A program made the position numbers and the translations under genes. 64,000 nucleotides of DNA, from the NCBI GenBank assembly GCA_963712745.1, contig CAVQJC010000006.1, positions 224,001 to 288,000 on the forward strand, written 5' to 3'. Shown piece by piece: positions 28,684-38,519 of this stretch (its first letter is position 1; each line of letters begins with the position of its first letter). The notes under the pieces are model-generated. The model worked only from the letters and a program-made list of their open reading frames with translations, was not told where the DNA came from and made no database searches. This stretch comes from an uncultured Chloroflexia bacterium. Its GTDB lineage: Bacteria; Chloroflexota; Limnocylindria; Limnocylindrales; CSP1-4.

Positions 28684-31600
28684 CTACGCCGGAGTGGCGA
28701 GAGTGACGCCCAGGGCCTCTGCCACGGCCAGCAGCGTGTCATCGCTGCTGGTGAGCAGGACGAGCGCCGGGTTGGAGACGCCGCCCGATACGTCCTCGGT
28801 GAGCACCGCGTGCGCGCCGGCAAGATCGGCCACGATGCCGTTCGCGTTCTTGACGAACTGCCCGACATCCTCGGGTGTGTCCCACTTGGTCTGCCATACG
28901 ATGGCCCACTGACCGTCGCGGCCACCAAGGCTGACGAGGCGGTCACCGCCCCAGCCCGCAGCGGCCTTGGCACCCGGGAGCTTCACGGCAGCCTTGGCAT
29001 TGTCCTGGGTCCCCGGCTGACCATCAGCCAGCCAGACGTTGATACGCAGCTCGCCCATGGTCTGCTGCCACTGCTCCTTCCAGCCGTCCCCGAGCCGCCC
29101 GGCCACATCATCAAGGTCGATGGTAGTGGGGCGATCATCGGGGTAGAGCTTGGGATGGAGGATCTGCTCGGTGGACTCGGGCAGGCGTCCCCAGGCCTCG
29201 TTGACGCTGTCCCAGCCTCCCTGGTCACGCAGCTTGTCGACGAAGATGCGGCCTTCGAGGAACGGCAGTGAGTACTCACGCTGGAGCAGCAAGGGCATCG
29301 ACTGATAGACAGCATCGTCGCCGGGGACGATGACCTGGTTGGTCTTGTTCTTGTTGCCGAACTGCGCTGCCCAATCGAGCATCGTGGCGGTGCCGTCGCC
29401 CTGTTCCAGAGCGTAGGCCGCCAAGGCCTCGTCTCCGCGGCTCTTGTCATCCACACGAGCGGCATCGCTGCCGCTCCGCTGCAGGACCAGGGCCCGGCCG
29501 AACTCTCGCGCAGCCTCAGGGCGCTGGGTGGGATCGAGCTTGTCGATGGAGTCGACGATGGACTGGCGGCCTCGCTGCTCGATGTAGGCGACCGGCAGTG
29601 CCTGTCCGTAGAGCTGATCGAGCAGAGCGGCGAGGTCATCGCCGCTTTCGAGCAGGCCGAGCCGCTTCAGTGCCTTCTCCTCGGCCGCGATGGCATCTGG
29701 ATCGTGGACGATGCCCACCCGCCCAGCGAGTGCCCTTGCCTGGTCCTGGGCGCTGACACCGTCGTAGGGAGTCGTGCTCAGGTCAAGCTCGCGGACGCCT
29801 TCCGCCTGGCTGGCGATGGCGTCGAGCTGGGCGCTGACCTCGGGGTTATCGAGCGAACCACCCAGGCCCATCTGCTCGATCACGGGTCCGAGCGATACCG
29901 AGTAGGCCACGCTGCTGTTCTTGTCGACGGTAGAGCCCTCGACGGGCTCCTGACCGACGACGGTCCCGGCGGGCGCTTCGTCGTTGGCTTCCGAGCGCTC
30001 ACCCGGCTGGAGCTCGGCAGCGGTCAGAGCCGCCTTTGCCTCGTCCTCGGTGAGCCCTACGATGTCGGGGACGGTGACCGGCTTGGGGCCCTTGCTGACG
30101 GTCAGCACGACCGCGGAGCCGGCGGCGACCGTCTCGCCGGCGGCAGGTTCGGTCTTGACGGCGTTGCCGGTTTCGACCCCGGAGTTGAACTTCTGCTCGG
30201 TCGTGACCGCGAGGCCAAGCCCCTCGAGGGAAGCCTGGGCCTCGGCCGCCAGCTGGTTCCTGACGTCGGGGATGGTGATGGGGGGCGGACCGGCACTCAA
30301 CGTGTAGTCCACGGTGGAGCCCTTGTCGACCATGCTGTCGGCGGCCGGCTCCTGGTCGAGGACGGTGTTCTTGGGCGCCTGGTCATCGACGACCGTGACC
30401 TCACCCACGGTCAGCTCGGCGTCCTTGATGACGGTGTTGGCCTCGGCCCTCACGAGGTTGACGATGTCCGGCACCGTGACCTGCTTGGGGCCGTTGCTCA
30501 CGACGAGGGTGACGTCGGAGCCGATCTCGAGATCGGTGCCCGCGGCAGGCTCGGTCTTGACGGCGACGCCCTTCTCGACCTTGCCGTTGTTGCGTTCATC
30601 GACGGTGACCGCGAGGTCCGCGGCCTCGAGGGTCGCCTGCGCCTCGGCTGCGGGCTGACCCGCGACGTCGGGCACGGTGACGACCGGAGGACCGGCGCTG
30701 ACGGCGAGGTTCACGGCGGCGCCCTGGGGCACCTCCGAGTCGGCTGGTGGATCCTGGATGACGACGGTGCCCTGCGGCGCTGGATCGTCGACCACTTCGA
30801 CGGTCCCGACCGTGAGCCCGGCGTCGCTGATGGCCTCTTCGGCCGTGTCCTGCTGGCTGGCTATCACATCAGGCACGACGGCCATCTTGGGACCCATGCT
30901 CACCAGGAGCAGGACGTCCGAGCCGGCCGCGACCGTCTCGCCGGCGGCAGGTTCGGTCCTGATGGCGTTGCCCTCGGCGACCTTGGAGTTGTTGCGTTGC
31001 GCGACCGCGACCACGAGGTCGACCGCTTCGAGGGCGGCCTGGGCCTCGGCCGACGCCTGGTCCCTGACGTCCGGGATGGTGACCATCGGTGGACCAGAGC
31101 TGACCAGGAGGTTGACAGCCGAACCCTGCGGCACCTCGGCGGAGGCCGCGGGATCCTGGCCGACGACCGTGTTCTGGGCGGCGACGTCATCCACGCTTTC
31201 CACGATCCCGACCGCTAGGCCGGCCTCGTCGATGGCAGTGGTTGCAGCACCCTGCTTGAGCCCTACGATGTCGGGGACGGTGACCGGCTTGGGGCCCTTG
31301 CTGACGGTCAGCACGACCGCGGAGCCGGCGGCGACCGTCTCGCCGGCGGCAGGTTCGGTCTTGACGGCGTTGCCGGTTTCGACCCCGGAGTTGAACTTCT
31401 GCTCGGTCGTGACCGCGAGGCCAAGCCCCTCGAGGGAAGCCTGGGCCTCGGCCGCCAGCTGGTTCCTGACGTCGGGGATGGTGATGGGGGGCGGACCGGC
31501 ACTCAACGTGTAGTCCACGGTGGAGCCCTTGTCGACCATGCTGTCGGCGGCCGGCTCCTGGTCGAGGACGGTGTTCTTGGGCGCCTGGTCATCGACGACC

Positions 31601-34600
31601 GTGACCTCACCCACGGTCAGCTCGGCGTCCTTGATGACGGTGTTGGCCTCGGCCCTCACGAGGTTGACGATGTCCGGCACCGTGACCTGCTTGGGGCCGT
31701 TGCTCACGACGAGGGTGACGTCGGAGCCGATCTCGAGATCGGTGCCCGCGGCAGGCTCGGTCTTGACGGCGACGCCCTTCTCGACCTTGCCGTTGTTGCG
31801 TTCATCGACGGTGACCGCGAGGTCCGCGGCCTCGAGGGTCGCCTGCGCCTCGGCTGCGGGCTGACCCGCGACGTCGGGCACGGAACGGACCTTGGAACCT
31901 GTTGACACAGAAAGCGTGACAGGCGTGCCGATGGGAACCTCGGCGTCGGCCGCGGGGTCGGTCTTGACAGCGTTCCCGGCGGGGACCTTCTCATGTGTCT
32001 GTGTGACGATCTCGGCCACCGTCAGATCGGCGGCCTCGATGGCAGCCACGGCATCGGCCTCGGAGAGATCGCGTACGACAGGGACGATGGTGTTGGGTGT
32101 CACGCCCAGGCTCACGACGTAGTCGACGGCCGAGCCGACGGCGGCATCGCTGCCGGCGGCGGGGTCCTGGCTGATGACGTCGCCGGCCGCGACGGTGTCG
32201 CTGTAGTCGTCGCTGACGGTGCCACGGCTGAGACGAGCATCCGTGAGCTTCTGGTCGGCCTCGTCGGCCGGACCGGTGAGATCGGGGACCGCCACCATCT
32301 CGACGCCGCGACTCACGACGTAGCTGACGGTGGAGCCGACATCGACGGTCGAGCCGGCGGCGGGGTCCTGGCTGATGACGTCGCCGGCCGCGACGGTGTC
32401 GCTGTAGTCACTGGACGCGCTCTCGGCCACCAGCTCGACGGCCACAAGCGCATCGACTGCACCCGCCTCGGACATGCCGGCGAGGTCAGGCACATCGACC
32501 TGCCTGGGGCCACTGCTGATGGTGAGAACGACAGCCGAGCCCTTGTCGATGGTCTCACCGGCGGCGGGCGCGGTCTTCACCGCGGCGCCGGCCGGAACGA
32601 CGTCGTTGTTACGCTGCCGGACCTCACCCACGGCGAGGCCGGACTCCTCGATGGCAGCCACGGCGGCGGTCTCGGAGAGATCGCGTACGGCGGGCACCTC
32701 GACCTGCTCGAGGCCCAGGCTCACGACGTAGTCGACGGCCGAGCCGACGGCGGCATCGCTGCCGGCGGCGGGGTCCTGGCTGATGACGTCGCCGGCCGCG
32801 ACGGTGTCGCTGTAGTCGTCGCTGACGGTGCCACGGCTGAGACGAGCATCCGTGAGCTTCTGGTCGGCCTCGTCGGCCGGACCGGTGAGATCGGGGACCG
32901 CCACCATCTCGACGCCGCGACTCACGACGTAGCTGACGGTGGAGCCGACATCGACGGTCGAGCCGGCGGCGGGGTCCTGGCTGATGACGTCGCCGGCCGC
33001 GACGGTGTCGCTGTAGTCACTGGACGCGGCGCCGACGAGGTCAGCGTCGCTGAGCTTCTGGTCGGCCTCGTCGGCCGGACCGGTGAGATCGGGGACCTCG
33101 GTCTGGGGTAGCGGGATCGCGATCGAGAGGCTGACGCTCGAGCCGACCGCGACGGAGGCCCCGGCGGCGGGATCCTGGTCGAGGACGGTATCGGGAGCGA
33201 CGTCGCCGGTCTCGACCGGCACGGTCTGGAGCACGAGGCCCGCCGTATCGACGGCAGCCTCAGCCTCGCCAAGCGGCATGCCCACGAGCTCGGGCACCTC
33301 GACCTGCTCGAGGCCCAGGCTCACGACGTAGTCGACGGCCGAGCCGACGGCGGCATCGCTGCCGGCGACGGGGTCCTGGCTGATGACGTCGCCGGCCGCG
33401 ACGGTGTCGCTGTAGTCGTCGCTGACGGTGCCACGGCTGAGACGAGCATCCGTGAGCTTCTGGTCGGCCTCGTCGGCCGGACCGGTGAGATCGGGGACCG
33501 CCACCATCTCGACGCCGCGACTCACGACGTAGCTGACGGTGGAGCCGACATCGACGGTCGAGCCGGCGGCGGGGTCCTGGCTGATGACGTCGCCGGCCGC
33601 GACGGTGTCGCTGTAGTCACTGGACGCGGCGCCGACGAGGTCAGCGTCGCTGAGCTTCTGGTCGGCCTCGTCGGCCGGACCGGTGAGATCGGGGACCTCG
33701 GTCTGGGGTAGCGGGATCGCGATCGAGAGGCTGACGCTCGAGCCGACCGCGACGGAGGCCCCGGCGGCGGGATCCTGGTCGAGGACGGTATCGGGAGCGA
33801 CGTCGCCGGTCTCGACCGGCACGGTCTGGAGCACGAGGCCCGCCGTATCGACGGCAGCCTCAGCCTCGCCAAGCGGCATGCCCACGAGCTCGGGCACCTC
33901 GACCTGCTCGAGGCCCAGGCTCACGACGTAGTCGACGGCCGAGCCGACGGCGGCATCGCTGCCGGCCGACGGGTCCTGGCTGATGACGTCGCCGGCCGCG
34001 ACGGTGTCGCTGTAGTCGTCGCTGACGGTGCCACGGCTGAGACGAGCATCCGTGAGCTTCTGGTCGGCCTCGTCGGCCGGACCGGTGAGATCGGGGACCG
34101 CCACCATCTCGACGCCGCGACTCACGACGTAGCTGACGGTGGAGCCGACATCGACGGTCGAGCCGGCGGCGGGGTCCTGGCTGATGACGTCGCCGGCCGC
34201 GACGGTGTCGCTGTAGTCACTGGACGCGGCGCCGACGAGGTCAGCGTCGCTGAGCTTCTGGTCGGCCTCGTCGGCCGGACCGGTGAGATCGGGGACCTCG
34301 GTCTGGGGTAGCGGGATCGCGATCGAGAGGCTGACGCTCGAGCCGACCGCGACGGAGGCCCCGGCGGCGGGATCCTGGTCGAGGACGGTATCGGGAGCGA
34401 CGTCGCCGGTCTCGACCGGCACGGTCTGGAGCACGAGGCCCGCCGTATCGACGGCAGCCTCAGCCTCGCCAAGCGGCATGCCCACGAGCTCGGGCACCTC
34501 GACCTGCTCGAGGCCCAGGCTCACGACGTAGTCGACGGCCGAGCCGACGGCGGCATCGCTGCCGGCCGACGGGTCCTGGCTGATGACGTCGCCGGCCGCG

Positions 34601-37600
34601 ACGGTGTCGCTGTAGTCGTCGCTGACGGTGCCACGGCTGAGACGAGCATCCGTGAGCTTCTGGTCGGCCTCGTCGGCCGGACCGGTGAGATCGGGGACCG
34701 CCACCATCTCGACGCCGCGACTCACGACGTAGCTGACGGTGGAGCCGACATCGACGGTCGAGCCGGCGGCGGGGTCCTGGCTGATGACGTCGCCGGCCGC
34801 GACGGTGTCGCTGTAGTCACTGGACGCGGCGCCGACGAGGTCAGCGTCGCTGAGCTTCTGGTCGGCCTCGTCGGCCGGACCGGTGAGATCGGGGACCTCG
34901 GTCTGGGGTAGCGGGATCGCGATCGAGAGGCTGACGCTCGAGCCGACCGCGACGGAGGCCCCGGCGGCGGGATCCTGGTCGAGGACGGTATCGGGAGCGA
35001 CGTCGCCGGTCTCGACCGGCACGGTCTGGAGCACGAGGCCCGCCGTATCGACGGCAGCCTCAGCCTCGCCAAGCGGCATGCCCACGAGCTCGGGCACCTC
35101 GACCTGCTCGAGGCCCAGGCTCACGACGTAGTCGACGGCCGAGCCGACGGCGGCATCGCTGCCGGCCGACGGGTCCTGGCTGATGACGTCGCCGGCCGCG
35201 ACGGTGTCGCTGTAGTCGTCGCTGACGGTGCCACGGCTGAGACGAGCATCCGTGAGCTTCTGGTCGGCCTCGTCGGCCGGACCGGTGAGATCGGGGACCG
35301 CCACCATCTCGACGCCGCGACTCACGACGTAGCTGACGGTGGAGCCGACATCGACGGTCGAGCCGGCGGCGGGGTCCTGGCTGATGACGTCGCCGGCCGC
35401 GACGGTGTCGCTGTAGTCACTGGACGCGGCGCCGACGAGGTCAGCGTCGCTGAGCTTCTGGTCGGCCTCGTCGGCCGGACCGGTGAGATCGGGGACCTCG
35501 GTCTGAACCGGAGGAACGGCGATGGTCAGCTCGATGGTGGAGCCGACATAGATCGGAGTTCCCGCCTCCGGCCGTTGCGCCAGCACGGTACCCGGCTCTG
35601 ACTCGAATTCCTCGACTGGGTCGGTGACCACGATGACACCGACGCGCTCGGCTTCCGTCTGTGCCTCTTCGAGGGACATGCCCACGAAGTCAGGGGCATC
35701 CACGGGGGCGGGCCCGCTGGAGAGGACGTAGTCGACCGCACTGCCGGGGTCGACCTCGGTGTCGGCGGCCGGATCGGAACTCACGACGTTGCCCGCCACG
35801 ATGGTGTCGTGGTGGGCCTCGGTCACGTCACCGGCGATGAGGCCGGCGGCGGTGAGCTCGCTGATGGCGTCGGCCTCGGGCCGGTCGACGATGTCGGGCA
35901 CGGCCACGGGGGCGGGCCCGCTGGAGAGGACGTAGTCGACCGCACTGCCGGGGTCGACCTCGGTGTCGGCGGCCGGATCGGAACTCACGACGTTGCCCGC
36001 CACGATGGTGTCGTGGTGGGCCTCGGTCACGTCACCGGCGATGAGGCCGGCGGCGGTGAGCTCGCTGATGGCGTCGGCCTCGGGCCGGTCGACGATGTCG
36101 GGCACGGCCACGGGGGCGGGCCCGCTGGAGAGGACGTAGTCGACCGCACTGCCGGGGTCGACCTCGGTGTCGGCGGCCGGATCGGAACTCACGACGTTGC
36201 CCGCCACGATGGTGTCGTGGTGGGCCTCGGTCACGTCACCGGCGATGAGGCCGGCGGCGGTGAGCTCGCTGATGGCGTCGGCCTCGGGCCGGTCGACGAT
36301 GTCGGGCACGGCCACGGGGGCGGGCCCGCTGGAGAGGACGTAGTCGACCGCACTGCCGGGGTCGACCTCGGTGTCGGCGGCCGGATCGGAACTCACGACG
36401 TTGCCCGCCACGATGGTGTCGTGGTGGGCCTCGGTCACGTCACCGGCGATGAGGCCGGCGGCGGTGAGCTCGCTGATGGCGTCGGCCTCGGGCCGGTCGA
36501 CGATGTCGGGCACGGCCACGGGGGCGGGCCCGCTGGAGAGGACGTAGTCGACCGCACTGCCGGGGTCGACCTCGGTGTCGGCGGCCGGATCGGAACTCAC
36601 GACGTTGCCCGCCACGATGGTGTCGTGGTGGGCCTCGGTCACGTCACCGGCGATGAGGCCGGCGGCGGTGAGCTCGCTGATGGCGTCGGCCTCGGGCCGG
36701 TCGACGATGTCGGGCACGGCCACGGGGGCGGGCCCGCTGGAGAGGACGTAGTCGACCGCACTGCCGGGGTCGACCTCGGTGTCGGCGGCCGGATCGGAAC
36801 TCACGACGTTGCCCGCCACGATGGTGTCGTGGTGGGCCTCGGTCACGTCACCGGCGATGAGGCCGGCGGCGGTGAGCTCGCTGATGGCGTCGGCCTCGGG
36901 CCGGTCGACGATGTCGGGCACGGCCACGGGGGCGGGCCCGCTGGAGAGGACGTAGTCGACCGCACTGCCGGGGTCGACCTCGGTGTCGGCGGCCGGATCG
37001 GAACTCACGACGTTGCCCGCCACGATGGTGTCGTGGTGGGCCTCGGTCACGTCACCGGCGATGAGGCCGGCGGCGGTGAGCTCGCTGATGGCGTCGGCCT
37101 CGGGCCGGTCGACGATGTCGGGCACGGCCACGGGGGCGGGCCCGCTGGAGAGGACGTAGTCGACCGCACTGCCGGGGTCGACCTCGGTGTCGGCGGCCGG
37201 ATCGGAACTCACGACGTTGCCCGCCACGATGGTGTCGTGGTGGGCCTCGGTCACGTCACCGGCGATGAGGCCGGCGGCGGTGAGCTCGCTGATGGCGTCG
37301 GCCTCGGGCCGGTCGACGATGTCGGGCACGGCCACGGGGGCGGGCCCGCTGGAGAGGACGAGATCGATCCTGCTGCCGGCAGCTAGCTCGGAATCGACCT
37401 CGGGCTCCGTGCGGATGACGTTCCCGGCCTCGATCTCGTCGCTCGTTTCCTCGGTGATGTCGCCGACCGCGAAGCCGGCGTCCTCGATGGCCTCGATAGC
37501 CTCATCTCTCGAGAGGTCCACGACGTCGGGAACCGGGCTGGTAGGCACCGGCCGCGCCACGGCCAACTCGACGGTCGAGCCAGTCTCGACAGCTTCGCCA

Positions 37601-38379
37601 GGCGCGGGATCCTGGCTGAGCACCGTGCCGGATTCGACCTCGTCGGTCTGCACCGGGTTGACGCGGACGACGAGTCCGTAGTCGGCAGCTTCGGCTTCGG
37701 CTTCGTCCAGCGACATACCGCGGAAATTGGGCGTATCCACTGTCGGGATGGCTGATGGGCTCTCGCTGGGAATCTCGGTGACGACCGGCGATGGCGACAG
37801 CGACGTATCGACGTCGGTGGGGCTATCGAATGGGCGGAAGAGGATGAGCACGATGGCCAGCGCCACGATGAAGGCGCCCACGAGGATCGCACCGACGAGC
37901 AGGACGGGAGTGCCTTCGTCGGGCGGCTCGCCCCCTTCGCCGGGCGGTGGTGTCGGCGGTGCCTCGGGCGGCTCGAGAGTGACCTCGGGCTTGGCTGCAA
38001 GCGCAGCCAGGGCAGCCTCGGTGGCCTCGGGATCAGGCGCGACCGGGGTCGTGGTCCAGGCAGCTCCGGCAGCAGCGGCGTCGGCTGCCTCCGCCTCGGT
38101 CTCAACGACCGCCCCATCGGCGGCGTCGGCATCCTCAGCGGCGGTCTGCTCGGCTTCGTCCTCGTCGGAGACTTCGGCGCCTGCGTCGGCCGCACCGTCG
38201 GCCGTGGCTTCGGCGTCGATGGACTGCTCGGCCGCATCCTCGGCGGCGCCGGTGTCCTCGGTGCCCCCGGTGTCGGCGATGTCCTGGCCCGCATCCTCGG
38301 CCTGTTCTGCCGCAGGAGACGTTGATGCATCGTCGGGAGGCTGGGTCGTGTCGCCGGAATCCGGCTTCTGATCAGTCAT
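28684..38379 (-). CDS. Giant 3231-aa single-TM protein: acidic N-tail, ~39 PASTA domains, C-terminal degenerate zincin-like domain
   Basis: TM helix VLLVGAILVGAFIVALAIVLILF; repeats VPD.V....A...L...GL...G.V..QDP..G..V..GS.V...VS.G; no kinase or transpeptidase motif. Confidence 0.9.
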   Translation of the reverse strand: MTDQKPDSGDTTQPPDDASTSPAAEQAEDAGQDIADTGGTEDTGAAEDAAEQSIDAEATADGAADAGAEVSDEDEAEQTAAEDADAADGAVVETEAEAADAAAAGAAWTTTPVAPDPEATEAALAALAAKPEVTLEPPEAPPTPPPGEGGEPPDEGTPVLLVGAILVGAFIVALAIVLILFRPFDSPTDVDTSLSPSPVVTEIPSESPSAIPTVDTPNFRGMSLDEAEAEAADYGLVVRVNPVQTDEVESGTVLSQDPAPGEAVETGSTVELAVARPVPTSPVPDVVDLSRDEAIEAIEDAGFAVGDITEETSDEIEAGNVIRTEPEVDSELAAGSRIDLVLSSGPAPVAVPDIVDRPEADAISELTAAGLIAGDVTEAHHDTIVAGNVVSSDPAADTEVDPGSAVDYVLSSGPAPVAVPDIVDRPEADAISELTAAGLIAGDVTEAHHDTIVAGNVVSSDPAADTEVDPGSAVDYVLSSGPAPVAVPDIVDRPEADAISELTAAGLIAGDVTEAHHDTIVAGNVVSSDPAADTEVDPGSAVDYVLSSGPAPVAVPDIVDRPEADAISELTAAGLIAGDVTEAHHDTIVAGNVVSSDPAADTEVDPGSAVDYVLSSGPAPVAVPDIVDRPEADAISELTAAGLIAGDVTEAHHDTIVAGNVVSSDPAADTEVDPGSAVDYVLSSGPAPVAVPDIVDRPEADAISELTAAGLIAGDVTEAHHDTIVAGNVVSSDPAADTEVDPGSAVDYVLSSGPAPVAVPDIVDRPEADAISELTAAGLIAGDVTEAHHDTIVAGNVVSSDPAADTEVDPGSAVDYVLSSGPAPVAVPDIVDRPEADAISELTAAGLIAGDVTEAHHDTIVAGNVVSSDPAADTEVDPGSAVDYVLSSGPAPVDAPDFVGMSLEEAQTEAERVGVIVVTDPVEEFESEPGTVLAQRPEAGTPIYVGSTIELTIAVPPVQTEVPDLTGPADEADQKLSDADLVGAASSDYSDTVAAGDVISQDPAAGSTVDVGSTVSYVVSRGVEMVAVPDLTGPADEADQKLTDARLSRGTVSDDYSDTVAAGDVISQDPSAGSDAAVGSAVDYVVSLGLEQVEVPELVGMPLGEAEAAVDTAGLVLQTVPVETGDVAPDTVLDQDPAAGASVAVGSSVSLSIAIPLPQTEVPDLTGPADEADQKLSDADLVGAASSDYSDTVAAGDVISQDPAAGSTVDVGSTVSYVVSRGVEMVAVPDLTGPADEADQKLTDARLSRGTVSDDYSDTVAAGDVISQDPSAGSDAAVGSAVDYVVSLGLEQVEVPELVGMPLGEAEAAVDTAGLVLQTVPVETGDVAPDTVLDQDPAAGASVAVGSSVSLSIAIPLPQTEVPDLTGPADEADQKLSDADLVGAASSDYSDTVAAGDVISQDPAAGSTVDVGSTVSYVVSRGVEMVAVPDLTGPADEADQKLTDARLSRGTVSDDYSDTVAAGDVISQDPSAGSDAAVGSAVDYVVSLGLEQVEVPELVGMPLGEAEAAVDTAGLVLQTVPVETGDVAPDTVLDQDPAAGASVAVGSSVSLSIAIPLPQTEVPDLTGPADEADQKLSDADLVGAASSDYSDTVAAGDVISQDPAAGSTVDVGSTVSYVVSRGVEMVAVPDLTGPADEADQKLTDARLSRGTVSDDYSDTVAAGDVISQDPVAGSDAAVGSAVDYVVSLGLEQVEVPELVGMPLGEAEAAVDTAGLVLQTVPVETGDVAPDTVLDQDPAAGASVAVGSSVSLSIAIPLPQTEVPDLTGPADEADQKLSDADLVGAASSDYSDTVAAGDVISQDPAAGSTVDVGSTVSYVVSRGVEMVAVPDLTGPADEADQKLTDARLSRGTVSDDYSDTVAAGDVISQDPAAGSDAAVGSAVDYVVSLGLEQVEVPAVRDLSETAAVAAIEESGLAVGEVRQRNNDVVPAGAAVKTAPAAGETIDKGSAVVLTISSGPRQVDVPDLAGMSEAGAVDALVAVELVAESASSDYSDTVAAGDVISQDPAAGSTVDVGSTVSYVVSRGVEMVAVPDLTGPADEADQKLTDARLSRGTVSDDYSDTVAAGDVISQDPAAGSDAAVGSAVDYVVSLGVTPNTIVPVVRDLSEADAVAAIEAADLTVAEIVTQTHEKVPAGNAVKTDPAADAEVPIGTPVTLSVSTGSKVRSVPDVAGQPAAEAQATLEAADLAVTVDERNNGKVEKGVAVKTEPAAGTDLEIGSDVTLVVSNGPKQVTVPDIVNLVRAEANTVIKDAELTVGEVTVVDDQAPKNTVLDQEPAADSMVDKGSTVDYTLSAGPPPITIPDVRNQLAAEAQASLEGLGLAVTTEQKFNSGVETGNAVKTEPAAGETVAAGSAVVLTVSKGPKPVTVPDIVGLKQGAATTAIDEAGLAVGIVESVDDVAAQNTVVGQDPAASAEVPQGSAVNLLVSSGPPMVTIPDVRDQASAEAQAALEAVDLVVAVAQRNNSKVAEGNAIRTEPAAGETVAAGSDVLLLVSMGPKMAVVPDVIASQQDTAEEAISDAGLTVGTVEVVDDPAPQGTVVIQDPPADSEVPQGAAVNLAVSAGPPVVTVPDVAGQPAAEAQATLEAADLAVTVDERNNGKVEKGVAVKTEPAAGTDLEIGSDVTLVVSNGPKQVTVPDIVNLVRAEANTVIKDAELTVGEVTVVDDQAPKNTVLDQEPAADSMVDKGSTVDYTLSAGPPPITIPDVRNQLAAEAQASLEGLGLAVTTEQKFNSGVETGNAVKTEPAAGETVAAGSAVVLTVSKGPKPVTVPDIVGLTEDEAKAALTAAELQPGERSEANDEAPAGTVVGQEPVEGSTVDKNSSVAYSVSLGPVIEQMGLGGSLDNPEVSAQLDAIASQAEGVRELDLSTTPYDGVSAQDQARALAGRVGIVHDPDAIAAEEKALKRLGLLESGDDLAALLDQLYGQALPVAYIEQRGRQSIVDSIDKLDPTQRPEAAREFGRALVLQRSGSDAARVDDKSRGDEALAAYALEQGDGTATMLDWAAQFGNKNKTNQVIVPGDDAVYQSMPLLLQREYSLPFLEGRIFVDKLRDQGGWDSVNEAWGRLPESTEQILHPKLYPDDRPTTIDLDDVAGRLGDGWKEQWQQTMGELRINVWLADGQPGTQDNAKAAVKLPGAKAAAGWGGDRLVSLGGRDGQWAIVWQTKWDTPEDVGQFVKNANGIVADLAGAHAVLTEDVSGGVSNPALVLLTSSDDTLLAVAEALGVTLATPA
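30051..31883. repeat. Dispersed ~627-bp duplication (30051-30677 and 31257-31883), three PASTA domains
   Basis: Identical sequence at a 1206-bp offset. Confidence 0.9.
32692..35504. repeat. 600-bp tandem repeat, ~4.7 copies (3 PASTA domains per unit)
   Basis: Lines recur at 32701/33301/33901/34501/35101; differences seen only at the DP(S/V/A)AG codons; partial extra copy at ~32105-32420. Confidence 0.95.
35701..37360. repeat. 204-bp tandem repeat, 8 apparently identical copies (1 PASTA domain per unit)
   Basis: CACGGGGGCGGGCCCGCTGGAGAGGACG recurs every 204 bp from 35701 to 37333. Confidence 0.95.
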
Positions 38380-38519
38380 GGCAGCCGGACCTTACGGGAC
38401 TGCGGCTCGCGCTGCGAGCACCTCAAGACGGCCAACCAGGCCAATCCCGACACAAGTGTCAGTTTCTTCATCGTCCGCCGCTCCGTGCTTCACTCGCTGG
38501 CGGCTCGCGATGTGAGTCG

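Noticed and set aside
35701-37360. Regular repeats as a CRISPR array
   Set aside because: Units are contiguous 204-bp in-frame coding repeats with no unique spacers, and no cas genes are present.
35809-37386. 525-aa repetitive + strand ORF and other long antisense ORFs (5397..7022, 11195..13192, 29704..31218)
   Set aside because: Shadow frames of genuine genes, expected at high GC; no independent motifs or RBS.
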